From the NCBI GenBank assembly GCA_965250285.1, contig OZ252299.1, positions 1,536,001-1,600,000 on the forward strand: 64,000 nucleotides of DNA. Direction: 5' to 3'. Position numbers and translations under genes: made by a program. Source of the stretch: Myxococcota bacterium. Lineage in GTDB: Bacteria > Myxococcota_A > UBA9160 > UBA4427. Positions 27,343-37,223 of the stretch are shown piece after piece. Within the stretch, counting starts at the first letter, position 1. Each line of letters starts with the position of its first letter. The notes under the pieces were generated by a model. That model made no database searches, was not told the DNA's origin, and saw only the letters and a list, made by a program, of their open reading frames with translations.

Positions 27343-30261
27343 ATGCGAAGGTTCGGAAGACGACGCCGCGGTGGCGCCCAGGGCGGCGGCGAGAGCCGCG
27401 CTGCTGCGATCGATGCGGAGCGCTGGCTGAGCCGCATTCAAGAAGACGGAACCCTCGGGCTCGAGACCCTCGAGGCCGACGGCGACACGAAGGTGCCGGC
27501 CCACGTGGCCGCGATCGGGCGCGGCCGCCGCGCCGAGGGCAAGGACGTGATCGTCGCGTTCGCCCCGCGGCACGCGGGCGACGCGTTGCTCGGTGGCCTG
27601 GCCGCGGCCGGCGAGAAGACCGGTGACGACGCCTTCACCGGCGAGCTGATCGCCGTGGCACCGCAGTGGACCGGGTCGGCGCGTCGCCGACTCGCGCTGC
27701 TGCGCGCCGAGCTGCCCTTCACCGTCACGGCCGTCACGGCCTCGAACCTCGAGGAGGGCCCGACCGAGGTGCCGCCCGAGCCGGTCGAGGAGCACGGCGT
27801 CACGACGCCGGCGCGACTCGCGGCCCACATGGCCGAGGGGGCGCCCCGGGATCTGTACCTGCGCGCGCTCGGCGCGCTCGAGGGCCTCGGCTCGAAGCAC
27901 GGGGGTGCGGTCCGCGCCCATGGCCGCAGCGTCGAACTCGTGATTCTCGCGCGTCGCGTGGCGCAGCTGCGGCTCGAGGAAGACGGCGAGCTGAGCCTCG
28001 CGACGCTCTCGCCGCAGCGAAGCGCGGCGCGTCTCAACGGCGACGGTCTGGCGGCGGCGTTCGACGCGCTCGAGGGCCAGCTGCGCAAGCGCATCAACGA
28101 TCGACGCACGCGCGAGGGCGAGGAGGGCGTTCGCACTCGCGCACTACCGGTCGCTTCGGCGGCGCTCGGCGTGCGGGGTGCGATGCCGTTCCCGATGGGT
28201 GGATCCGACGTCGAGACCCTCGATCAGGTAGGGGTCGACGAGCACGGTCGCCCGGTGATCGTCGCGGTGCGCCTGAAGCTCGGGCTCGCCGATCTCGGTC
28301 GCATCGTCGACGCGCTGCAGGATCTCAAGCCGCACCTCTCGACGCTGCTCGGCGACGTTCCGCCGCCCGTTCGGCTCGAGACGCCGCTGCTCGTGCTCGT
28401 CGCCGAAGAGTTCGATCCCGCGGTCGCACCGGCGCTCGCGGGTCTCACGCTGGCGCACGCGGTCTACACCCTCGAGCGGGACGGTGAGCTGGGCCTGGTG
28501 CCCGGCGTGACCGGTGAAGCCGGGCGCGCCGCCCGGGGTGCGGGTGGACGCCGGCGGCGTCGCTCGAGAGCCGACCGCGCCGACGCATCGGCCGAGGCGG
28601 GCGACGGGAAGGCTGGAGCGCCTGAGGCCGGCGCAGCCGAAGGCGCGGACGAGGGCACCGAGGCGGCCGTTGCGGATGAGAACGGCGATGGCGCTGGTCG
28701 CAATCGCCGTCGTCGCCGCCGCGGCGGACGGGGCCGCGGCCGTGATCGGGAAGGCGGTCGGGGCGATGACGACGAGGGCGAGACCCGCGTCGAAGGCGCG
28801 GCGGCGGCCGACGCAGCCGTTGCCGAGCCCGAAGAGGGCGAGCCCCGCTACGAGAGTCTGTCGCTGCTCGACCTCGATGAAGAGAACGGTGACGACGCGG
28901 ACGGCAGTGGCCGTCGGCGTCGCGGTCGCGGACGTCGACGCGGACGTCGCAGTGGTGGCGGTCGTGCCGAAGGTGGGGACGGCGGCGACGAGGGCGCGGG
29001 CGACGACGAGCGTCCACGCGCGAGAAGCGGCGACGCGGGCGAGGCGAAGGCCGACGTCGACTCGGACGGAGAGGCCGACGACGACGACACCGATGCCGAC
29101 GACCTCGACGACGCGCTGGCCGATCTCCCCGAGAGCCTGGCCGGTGTCGGCGACCCGCTCCAGTACACCGAGGACGAGGATTCGGACGACGGCGACGATG
29201 GCGGCGACGATACGTCGCGCCGCACCCGCGAGCGCGAAGAGCGTCGGCGCGCGCGCAAGGCCCAGACCGGCGAGATCTCCGAGCCGGCCGCGCCTCGCCG
29301 CCGGGCGGTCATCGTGGCGAACGCCGACCGCGACTCGCTGCTGGCCGCGGTGCTGCTCGCGCGCGACATCCGACTGCTCGAGGGGGTCTGGGTCTACCCG
29401 CAGAGCGAGCTGATGACGTTCTTCCGCAGCGTTGCGACGGACGTGAAGGAGGACGTGCCGATCTATCTGGTCGGATTCACGCCCTCGCCGGCGCGCGACG
29501 TGATTCAGGCGGCGTCGCTCTACGCGAATCGCATCACCTGGTTCGATCACCACGACTGGCCGCCGGAGGATCTGTCGGCCGTGGCCGACGCGTTCCGTGA
29601 GGACGCGCTTCATCTCACGCCCGGCACCGGCTCTTCGTTGCCGGCCGTCCTCGACACGGCCACCCGGCGATCGCGCTTCTCCGACAAGCTCGTCGATCTC
29701 GCCACCGGCCGCTTCAGTCAGCACGACTACGAGCGTTGGGGGCGCCTCTGGTGGCATCGCCTCGGTGAGATCGCCGCGAAGGGTGGCGAGGTGCGGGCGG
29801 ACATCGACCCGCTGCTCACCGGTCGACCGAGCGACCTCGCGAAGGAGGCGCTCCAGGTCGAGGCGCCGCCGCGCCCGCCCGAGGTCGAGTATGTGTCGTC
29901 GCGCGACTTCCGGCTCGTGCGCTTCGCCGGCCACGCGATGGTGGTCGTCGACGCCGATGCCGACTGCGATCCGCACATCGCCGCCCGCATCGCGCGCGAG
30001 CGCTACAAGGCGAACCTGTCGCTCGCCTGGGTGCGCGGCAACGAGGTCGTCTTCTTCGGGGGCGAGGAGAGCGGCGGCCGCCGTACGCTCGACTTCGGCG
30101 CGCTCTCCGAGCACCTCGCGAGCAAGTTCCGCTGGGTCGAGGCGTTGCCGGACAACGACCACGTGGCGCGGTTCCGCGTGCGCGGTCTGGGCGAGTCCCC
30201 CGAGCGCATGGACGAGGTGGTCGGCGCGATCGCGATGGGCCGCTCGATCCTCGAGGGCTGA
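27343..30261 (+). CDS. Large hypothetical protein: N-terminal globular region, Arg/Asp-Glu low-complexity linker, C-terminal DHH-like domain
   Basis: 972 aa; RRRRR and DDDD tracts; AVIVANADRDSL, IYLVGF, WFDHHDW motifs; purine-rich sequence before the ATG. Confidence 0.7.
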   Translation: MRRFGRRRRGGAQGGGESRAAAIDAERWLSRIQEDGTLGLETLEADGDTKVPAHVAAIGRGRRAEGKDVIVAFAPRHAGDALLGGLAAAGEKTGDDAFTGELIAVAPQWTGSARRRLALLRAELPFTVTAVTASNLEEGPTEVPPEPVEEHGVTTPARLAAHMAEGAPRDLYLRALGALEGLGSKHGGAVRAHGRSVELVILARRVAQLRLEEDGELSLATLSPQRSAARLNGDGLAAAFDALEGQLRKRINDRRTREGEEGVRTRALPVASAALGVRGAMPFPMGGSDVETLDQVGVDEHGRPVIVAVRLKLGLADLGRIVDALQDLKPHLSTLLGDVPPPVRLETPLLVLVAEEFDPAVAPALAGLTLAHAVYTLERDGELGLVPGVTGEAGRAARGAGGRRRRRSRADRADASAEAGDGKAGAPEAGAAEGADEGTEAAVADENGDGAGRNRRRRRRGGRGRGRDREGGRGDDDEGETRVEGAAAADAAVAEPEEGEPRYESLSLLDLDEENGDDADGSGRRRRGRGRRRGRRSGGGRAEGGDGGDEGAGDDERPRARSGDAGEAKADVDSDGEADDDDTDADDLDDALADLPESLAGVGDPLQYTEDEDSDDGDDGGDDTSRRTREREERRRARKAQTGEISEPAAPRRRAVIVANADRDSLLAAVLLARDIRLLEGVWVYPQSELMTFFRSVATDVKEDVPIYLVGFTPSPARDVIQAASLYANRITWFDHHDWPPEDLSAVADAFREDALHLTPGTGSSLPAVLDTATRRSRFSDKLVDLATGRFSQHDYERWGRLWWHRLGEIAAKGGEVRADIDPLLTGRPSDLAKEALQVEAPPRPPEVEYVSSRDFRLVRFAGHAMVVVDADADCDPHIAARIARERYKANLSLAWVRGNEVVFFGGEESGGRRTLDFGALSEHLASKFRWVEALPDNDHVARFRVRGLGESPERMDEVVGAIAMGRSILEG

Positions 30262-30295
30262 GCGCCGCGCGCGCGGGGCCGAGCGAGGGGCCGCC

Positions 30296-31066
30296 ATGGA
30301 TGCCCATCTCGTCGAGATCTTCGAGTCCGTGCAGGGCGAGGGCCCGCAGGTCGGCGAGCGTACGGTCTTCGTGCGCTTTGCCGAGTGCGACCTGCGCTGC
30401 GCGTGGTGCGACACGCCCGAGTCGTGGCGGCGCGTTCCCGAGTGTCGCGTGTACGGCGCGCTGGGCCACGGTGCGCACGAGTCGATTCCCAATCCAGTGT
30501 CGCTCCCCCGGCTCGAGGCCTGGCTCGATGCCCGCGGCGTGCCCGCCGGCCGCTGGGTCAGCTTGACGGGGGGCGAGCCGCTCCTTCAGCCGGGAGCGGT
30601 CGCGCACTGGGCCAGGGCGCTGCGGGCGCGCGGGCTGCGCGTGCACCTCGAGACCCATGGGCTCGCACACGAGGCGCTGGGTGAAGCGCTCGATCACGTC
30701 GACTACGTCTCGATGGATTGGAAGCTCGCCAGCGACGTGCGCCGGGTCAGCGACCGGGGCCCAGACGTCGCGCCCTTCCACGACGAGCACGCCGCGTTCC
30801 TCGAGCGGGTCGGCGACCGGCCCGGAGCGTGTGTGAAGATCGTGATCACACCGCGCACCACACGCGACGAGCTCGAGGCGGCATGCCGTCACATCGCGGC
30901 CGTTCGGCCGGCGACGACCCTCGTGCTGCAGCCGGTCACGCCGGACGGCGCGGTGCCCGAAGCCCCGTCGGTCGACGTGATGATGGAGCACCTCGAGGCG
31001 TGCGCGGCGTTCGTCGACGACGTGCGCCTCATCCCGCAGACGCACAAGGCGCTCGGCGCACTCTAG
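30296..31066 (+). CDS. queE: 7-carboxy-7-deazaguanine synthase (radical SAM)
   Basis: EIFESVQGEG, VFVRFAECDLRCAWCDT, LTGGEP, LIPQTHK. Confidence 0.9.
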   Translation: MDAHLVEIFESVQGEGPQVGERTVFVRFAECDLRCAWCDTPESWRRVPECRVYGALGHGAHESIPNPVSLPRLEAWLDARGVPAGRWVSLTGGEPLLQPGAVAHWARALRARGLRVHLETHGLAHEALGEALDHVDYVSMDWKLASDVRRVSDRGPDVAPFHDEHAAFLERVGDRPGACVKIVITPRTTRDELEAACRHIAAVRPATTLVLQPVTPDGAVPEAPSVDVMMEHLEACAAFVDDVRLIPQTHKALGAL

Positions 31067-31079
31067 GTCCGGGCTGCGC

Positions 31080-33290
31080 TCAGCTCGGGTCGGGGGCCGC
31101 TCCCGCGCCTGGCCGCGACCGAACGAGGTCGATCAAGCGCTCGACGAACGTCGGCTGGCTGCGACGGAGCGCACGTCGCAAGTGCCCGAGCTCGGCGCGC
31201 GCCGCACCGGGTGCGACGTCGGGGTGACCGCCGAAGCGGCGTCTCAGATAGCGCTCGGTGATCGGAGAAAATGCATCCGCGACGGCGGGATCGAGCGTTT
31301 CACGCAGGTCCTGCACGAACTCTCGTGCAGTGCGCTCGGCGGGCCGCGCATGGCCCCGTCGCGCGAGCCAACCCAACGCGCGCGCGTAATCGGCCGGGAT
31401 CTCCGGGCGACGCCGCCCGTGCCGCGTGCGGTGCCACGCGAGCAAGGCGCCGAAGCCGGCGAGCGCGACCAGCGCGATCCAGACGCGGGGGTCGCCGAGC
31501 GAGACCGAACCCCGAGCGGGTCTGGCGCCGCCGGTCTCGGGCGCGGCTGGCCCCGGCCCGCCCGGGGCGCGCGCCTCGCCATCCCAGAAGCCCTTCAAGT
31601 AGAGGTAGGCGGCCTTCATCGCGAGGATCTGATCGGAGCTGTCGAAGTCGACGACGCGTTGGAACCACCAGAGCTCGAGGGCGCTCGCGAGTGCGCCGAG
31701 GGACTCCCCGAACGAGGCGTCGCCGGCCGCCCGCATGCGCAGGGCGGGCGGGGTCGGGTCGTACCGGACCCAGCCCGCGTCGCGGTAGTGCACCTCGACC
31801 CAGGCATGCGCATCGGACGAGGTCAGCTCGACGAAGCCGCCCACCTCGTTGGTCTGTCCACCGGCGAACCCGTTCACGAGTCGCGCCGGCAGGCCAGTCG
31901 CCCGGGCCAGCACGACCATGCCGCTCGCGAAGTACTCGCAGTGACCGGCGAGGTCCCCGAGCAGGAAGCCCTCGACCGGCGACCTCTCACCGCCTGCGGT
32001 CATGTCTTCGGGGGCGTCGGTGTACTCGCCTTCTTCGCGCAGCCAGCGTTCGATCGCGGCCGCTCGGTCGGCGTCGGTCACGGCTTCGCGCGTGATGCGG
32101 TCGGCCAGCGCGAGGACGCTCGGGTCGAAGCTCGGCAGATCGAGATACCGCGCCTGGCGGAGCTGCGCGCGGGGACCCGTTTCGCGCGGGGGCGCCGCGG
32201 CGTCGCTGCGCAGCGTCTCGAGGTCGGGGCGATCGTGCGCCGTCCAGACCGTGTAGCGGACGCGCTCGTCGGTTTGTGCCGGGTCGTAGACGCCGCCGTT
32301 GGTGTCGCGTTCGAGTTGCTTGAGCGGCCCCTCGAGCCGACGGATGGGTCCAGCCGCGAAGACGACGCCCGCCTCGACGGGCTCACGCACGATGCGTTCG
32401 ACCCGTCCGCCCTGGGTCGGACCGCCCCGAACGTTCATGCCGAAGCGGGCGTGGCCGTTCAGCAGCTCGCGGTCGTAGCCGGCGGAGAAGGATGAGATCG
32501 ACCAGCGGCGGCCATCGAAGCGGTCGAACGCGAGGCCGCGCCAGTACGCGTCGATGGGGTCGGCCGGCTGGCCCTCGACGGTCTCGACACGGAGCACCAC
32601 GGTGTCGTCCTGGCGAATCCGACCGATCGTGCCCAGCTCGACGTGGTCGGAGAAGCCCGCCATCGCGAGGGGGCCGGCGGCCCCGCCGCGAATCAGGGTG
32701 GTCTTGAGGCGCGGCAGCGCCATGAAGAAAACGGATGCCAGGGCCAGCGAGAGCAGCGTCGCGATCGCGGTCGTGCGCACCAGGCCGCCCGTCACGACGT
32801 GACGGGCGCCGTTCACGTCGCCCGCCTCGAGCGCCTCGGTGCGGAGCGTATGGATCATCAGCGTCCAGGTGACGCTGACGAGAAACGTCACGAGGAGCGG
32901 CGGGAAGAGCACGCTGTCGGTCAGGTTCGAGGCCAGCACGACCTGGAAGAGCGCGAGCGCGACGAGCAGGAACTCGCTCTTGCGTGGGCGGGCATCGAGG
33001 AGCTGCAGCGCCTGGCTGAGGGCGGCGAAGTGCGCGAGCGACAGCGTCGCCGGGGTGCCCCGCATCGCGAGGGCCACGGTGAGGCCCGTGATCCCGAGCA
33101 TGCCGAGGTTCAGCACGATCGGGTTGCGGCGCCAGGCGGGCGGGTGTTCGCGCGTCGCGAACGATATGCCGAGCCCCAGCGCCTGAACGACGATCACGGG
33201 GATCATGAGCTCGCCCGTCGCCCACAGCGCCGCGCTGGCGACGGTCGCCATCACCCAGGCCGAGACCGGGCGCGGCAGGTCGACGCGCAC
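31080..33290 (-). CDS. Transglutaminase-like TgpA family membrane protein (DUF3488 + transglutaminase core)
   Basis: TM N-domain, YWRG..FDRFDG, GHCEYFASGM, AHAWVEV, WVRYDPTP. Confidence 0.9.
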   Translation of the reverse strand: MRVDLPRPVSAWVMATVASAALWATGELMIPVIVVQALGLGISFATREHPPAWRRNPIVLNLGMLGITGLTVALAMRGTPATLSLAHFAALSQALQLLDARPRKSEFLLVALALFQVVLASNLTDSVLFPPLLVTFLVSVTWTLMIHTLRTEALEAGDVNGARHVVTGGLVRTTAIATLLSLALASVFFMALPRLKTTLIRGGAAGPLAMAGFSDHVELGTIGRIRQDDTVVLRVETVEGQPADPIDAYWRGLAFDRFDGRRWSISSFSAGYDRELLNGHARFGMNVRGGPTQGGRVERIVREPVEAGVVFAAGPIRRLEGPLKQLERDTNGGVYDPAQTDERVRYTVWTAHDRPDLETLRSDAAAPPRETGPRAQLRQARYLDLPSFDPSVLALADRITREAVTDADRAAAIERWLREEGEYTDAPEDMTAGGERSPVEGFLLGDLAGHCEYFASGMVVLARATGLPARLVNGFAGGQTNEVGGFVELTSSDAHAWVEVHYRDAGWVRYDPTPPALRMRAAGDASFGESLGALASALELWWFQRVVDFDSSDQILAMKAAYLYLKGFWDGEARAPGGPGPAAPETGGARPARGSVSLGDPRVWIALVALAGFGALLAWHRTRHGRRRPEIPADYARALGWLARRGHARPAERTAREFVQDLRETLDPAVADAFSPITERYLRRRFGGHPDVAPGAARAELGHLRRALRRSQPTFVERLIDLVRSRPGAGAAPDPS

Positions 33291-33307
33291 GCGTCCTTCG
33301 GCGCGGC

Positions 33308-34306
33308 TCAACGGCCGGCCTCGCCCGCGTCCACGGGGCGCTCGATGAGCGCGAGGTGCCGCAACAGCGCCGACCGGTGCCAGCGCCCGAGATCGGGCGC
33401 GAAGCGTTCGCCGGGCGTGCGGAGCCCGACCCGCAGGCCCGCGTCGAGGTGGTGCACCACCTCGCTCGCGGCCCGCCGCACCTGACCTTCGAAGAGCGCG
33501 TCGGCTTCGCCCGTCGGCGTGTTCGTCTGGGGCAGCTCGACTTCGACCTCGGCGAGCAGCTCGTCCTCGGCTTCGCCGACGAAGAGCGCCCCGCGTCGCG
33601 CCGACTGACGCCATTGGACGCGGCGGAGTCCGTCGCCCGGCACGTACTCGCGCAGGCCGGCCAGCATGACGCCGCCGCCGTCGCGGGCCTGCGCGTCTTC
33701 GGCGTCGGTCGACTGGCCGGCGTCGGGCGCGGCGGGGGTGACGAGCTCGAGCTCGGGATAGACGAGCGCCTCGCGCGCTTCGTTGATCCACACGCTCTTC
33801 ACGAACAAGCCGAACGGAAAGCGCGTCGAGAGTCGGTAGCCGCCGAATGCGAGCACGCCGCGTTGCTCGGGTACGAGGGCGTAGTCGCGCTGCACGGTCT
33901 CGCCGGGCGCGATCCGGAGCGCGAAGCAGCGGCCTGCGGGCTCGCCGTGCGCGTCGCGCCCGAGCCGATCCTCGACCACGAGGGCAAACGATGCGAGACG
34001 CGGGTCGACGTTCTCGATTCGCAGCACCACGCGGTTGCGATGGCGTGCGTGCAAGTCGACGGGGAGCCGGCGGTCGACCCGGATCCCGCGGAGCGCCGCC
34101 TCGGAGAGGAAGCCTGAGAGGACCAGGAACGCCAGCATCAACGACAGCACGAGGTAGAGCAGATTGTTGCCGGTGTTCAATGCGGCGAAGCCGACGGCGA
34201 AGGTGATGCCGATGAAGAGCCAGCCGGCGCGCGAGGGGCGCAGCGACCGTCGCGCTCGCGACGTCGCGAGCCCGGTGAGTCGCGCGAGCACGCCTTGCAG
34301 CCGCAT
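33308..34306 (-). CDS. DUF58 domain protein
   Basis: AALNTGNNLLYL, TRFPFGLF, LREYVPGD..RRVQWRQSAR. Confidence 0.88.
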   Translation of the reverse strand: MRLQGVLARLTGLATSRARRSLRPSRAGWLFIGITFAVGFAALNTGNNLLYLVLSLMLAFLVLSGFLSEAALRGIRVDRRLPVDLHARHRNRVVLRIENVDPRLASFALVVEDRLGRDAHGEPAGRCFALRIAPGETVQRDYALVPEQRGVLAFGGYRLSTRFPFGLFVKSVWINEAREALVYPELELVTPAAPDAGQSTDAEDAQARDGGGVMLAGLREYVPGDGLRRVQWRQSARRGALFVGEAEDELLAEVEVELPQTNTPTGEADALFEGQVRRAASEVVHHLDAGLRVGLRTPGERFAPDLGRWHRSALLRHLALIERPVDAGEAGR

Positions 34307-35310
34307 CAGAAGGGGACCGGGACCCGCCCCAGCAGATCGCGCAGGACCCACCGGGCTTCTTCGGCCCCCGCGCGCGCTCCGCTGCCGGCGGCCAGCATCA
34401 CGCGGTGGGCGAGGACGTCGGCGGCGAGCTCGGCGACGTCTTCGGGGATGCAGTAGTCACGGCCGTCGACGAGGGCACGGGCCGCCGCGGCCCGCCGCAG
34501 CGCCAGAGCCCCACGCGTCGACGCGCCGAGCTCGAGCGCTTCGTTCTGGCGCGTCTCTTCGACGACGGCGAGCAGGTAACCGACAACGGCATCGTCGATC
34601 TTGACGCCGCGCGCCGCGGTCTGCAGCGCGCGCAGGCCATTGGGGTCGAGCACGGCATGGAGCGAAGCGGCCCCGCCCGCGCCGACGTCTCCCTTGAGGA
34701 CCGCCGCTTCGTCGGCTGGGTCGGGGTAGCCGATCGACAAGCGCATCAAGAAGCGGTCGAGCTGGCTCTCGGGCAGGGGATGCGTACCGTGGTGCTCGAG
34801 CGGGTTCTGGGTGGCGACGACGAAGAAGGGCTCGGGCAGGGCGTGCGTCTCGCCGTCGACGCTCACGGTGCCTTCGCTCATCGCTTCGAGCAGGGCGGAC
34901 TGACTCTTCGGGTTGGCGCGATTGACTTCGTCGGCGAGGACGACGTGGGCGAAGATCGGTCCGGGCTGAAAGCGGAACCGATCGGTGGGGCGGCCCGCCT
35001 CGAGCTCGGGGACGGTCAGACCCGTGAGGTCGCTCGGCAGCAGGTCGCTGGTGAACTGGATGCGGTGGAAGTCGCCGCCGATCGAGTGGGCGAGGGCGCG
35101 TGCGAGCGTGGTCTTGCCGACGCCGGGGACGTCTTCGAGCAGCAGGTGCCCCTCGGCGATCATGCAGACGACGGCGCGTTCGATCACGTCGCGCTTGCCG
35201 CGGATCACACGTTCGACGTTCTCGATCAGCGCTTGCGCGCTCTGCGCCGGCGTCGCGTGAGACGATCGCTCGGCGCGAGCTCGGCCGGCGCCGGCCTCTT
35301 CGGAATGCAT
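34306..35310 (-). CDS. MoxR family AAA+ ATPase
   Basis: LLEDVPGVGKT, RIQFTSDLLPSD, LADEVNRA, ATQNP, LPESQLDRF. Confidence 0.95.
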   Translation of the reverse strand: MHSEEAGAGRARAERSSHATPAQSAQALIENVERVIRGKRDVIERAVVCMIAEGHLLLEDVPGVGKTTLARALAHSIGGDFHRIQFTSDLLPSDLTGLTVPELEAGRPTDRFRFQPGPIFAHVVLADEVNRANPKSQSALLEAMSEGTVSVDGETHALPEPFFVVATQNPLEHHGTHPLPESQLDRFLMRLSIGYPDPADEAAVLKGDVGAGGAASLHAVLDPNGLRALQTAARGVKIDDAVVGYLLAVVEETRQNEALELGASTRGALALRRAAAARALVDGRDYCIPEDVAELAADVLAHRVMLAAGSGARAGAEEARWVLRDLLGRVPVPF

Positions 35311-35507
35311 CGGTTTCCCTCGGTCGAAATGCTGCCGCCCCGTCTCTGGGCGCAGAGATCGGTCGGCCCGGTGAACGGGCCCTCGAAGCCGTTTCGGCGG
35401 CGTGCCGGACAAAGCTGAGGCTCCGCTCGGCGGCGGCGGGGGGGCGATGGGCAAGAGAGGGGCAGCCCGTACGCAGTTCGGGCGGGCAAGCGGCCGTCGC
35501 GCCGGCG

Positions 35508-37214
35508 CTAGAACGAGTACTTGAACTTGAAGAAGGCGCGCTGGTTCTTGCCCCAGCTGCGGATGGGGAAGTCCTCGCCCGGCACGTAGCCGACGAACCC
35601 GAGGGTCGCCGCGAGGCCGTCGATCACGTCGTACGTCACCTCGCCTCGCAGGATCGCGCCGCCCTGACCGCGATAACCGATCACGTACGCGAGGATCGTC
35701 GAGTGGAGCCGCGCGTTCATCCAGTCCTGCGAGATGCGCAGCGCGTACTCGACCTGATTCTCGTCGACGTAGTTCGGGAAGAACTGGAAGAGCGGGTCGT
35801 AGTCGATGATGTGCCGATTGACGACCTCGAGCGCGATCGTCGTGTCGTTGAAGCCGTAGTACTCGAACCCGACCATGGCGTCGACCCGGCCCGAGAGGAT
35901 GCGGTCGACGTCGTAGAATTGCGGGGTGGGCACCGGCTGCAAGAAGACGTAGTCGACGTCCTTGAACCAGGCGAGCTCGGCCTTGAGCAGCCAGCTGCCG
36001 AGCGTGTAGTTGCCGCCGCCTCCGACCATCGTGACGCGATCGTTCTCGAGGACGCTGAGCGCGGCCGCGCCCGGGACACCCGGCGTGAGCGTCGACCGGT
36101 TCTGGTAGATGCGGGCGACGTAGAATGAGACGTCCCAGCCGCTGAAGATGCCTTCGACGGCGCCGCCGTACTCGGGCGCCGATCCCCAGCGCGATGCGCG
36201 GCGGTCTTCGACATCGTCGGGGTCGATCGGTGAGATCAGCGGAGGCCGCGGCGGCGGAAAGTCCTGCGCGGTCGGGAGCACGAAGAAGTCGCTGCCCGCC
36301 GGCGGGTCGTAGTCGTAGCGGATCTCGGGAATCACGAGCGCGGTGAAGCGAAACGGGCCGGCGAAGTAGTCGGCCTTCGCCATCGTGGCGGGCAGCCGCA
36401 GGTTCTCGATGTCGGCGAGCCCGGGTTCGCGGTTGTCGAGCGAGTTGAGGACGTCGGTGACGCGCACCGTGTCGGACCGGCCCCAGTTGACGACCTGACG
36501 CCCGAGCTTGAGGTCGAGGCGCTCGAAGAGCGTGCCGGCGACCCAGAGGTCGAGCACCTCCGATACGAACTCGTAGTTCTTGAGGATCTCGGTCGTGTAC
36601 GACTCGCGACCGTGGATCAGGTAGGCGAAGTCGAACCAGAGAAAGCCCTGGGCCCGCAGCTGCCAGTCGTAGGGCAGATCGGCGTCGATCTGCAGATCGC
36701 CTCGCGTCCGGAGGCGCTGCAGGCCGAAGTAGTCGGTGCCGGCCAGGATCTCTTCGGGGGTGTCGCCCGGACCGATCGACGAGCGGTGCCGAAGCACGTT
36801 GAACGATCCGCCCAGGCTGAGCGAGCCGGACACGTCGTAGAACCGGTCGGCGGGCGCGGACGTCGACGCGCTCGAAGAGGCTCCCAGCTCGCCGAAGCCT
36901 TCGAGCGCCGCCTCGGTGTCGTCTTCCCCGAAGCCATCGAGGGCGGCATCGACATCGTCGTCTCCGAAGCCATCGAGGGCGGCATCGACGTCGTCGTCTC
37001 CGAAGCCATCGAGGGCGGCTTCGGTGTCGTCGTCGAAGCCCTCGAGCGCCGCCTCGGTGTCATCGAGGGCCGCCTCGGGATCCTCGAAGCCCTCGAGGGC
37101 GGCCTCGACATCATCATCGGCCGCCGCCGAGGGCCCGACGGCGAAGCCGATCAGGAGCAGGGCGCTCAACCCGGCCAGGGCGAGCTGCGTGGCCTTCGCG
37201 GGCAGCGAGGGCAT
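35508..37214 (-). CDS. DUF1302-like outer membrane beta-barrel protein with N-terminal acidic repeats
   Basis: Signal peptide; LGRQVVNWGRSD..RVTDVLN; terminal FKFKYSF beta-signal; adjacent to a LolA-like gene. Confidence 0.7.
   Translation of the reverse strand: MPSLPAKATQLALAGLSALLLIGFAVGPSAAADDDVEAALEGFEDPEAALDDTEAALEGFDDDTEAALDGFGDDDVDAALDGFGDDDVDAALDGFGEDDTEAALEGFGELGASSSASTSAPADRFYDVSGSLSLGGSFNVLRHRSSIGPGDTPEEILAGTDYFGLQRLRTRGDLQIDADLPYDWQLRAQGFLWFDFAYLIHGRESYTTEILKNYEFVSEVLDLWVAGTLFERLDLKLGRQVVNWGRSDTVRVTDVLNSLDNREPGLADIENLRLPATMAKADYFAGPFRFTALVIPEIRYDYDPPAGSDFFVLPTAQDFPPPRPPLISPIDPDDVEDRRASRWGSAPEYGGAVEGIFSGWDVSFYVARIYQNRSTLTPGVPGAAALSVLENDRVTMVGGGGNYTLGSWLLKAELAWFKDVDYVFLQPVPTPQFYDVDRILSGRVDAMVGFEYYGFNDTTIALEVVNRHIIDYDPLFQFFPNYVDENQVEYALRISQDWMNARLHSTILAYVIGYRGQGGAILRGEVTYDVIDGLAATLGFVGYVPGEDFPIRSWGKNQRAFFKFKYSF
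36888..37118 (-). repeat. In-frame acidic repeat (AAL[D/E]GF[G]DDD[V/T][D/E]) x ~6
   Basis: 33-36-bp units visible in both DNA and protein. Confidence 0.9.
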
Positions 37215-37223
37215 GGGGCTCTC

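Noticed and set aside
31080..35310. MoxR-DUF58-transglutaminase as a novel system
   Set aside because: This is a widespread, already described three-gene module.
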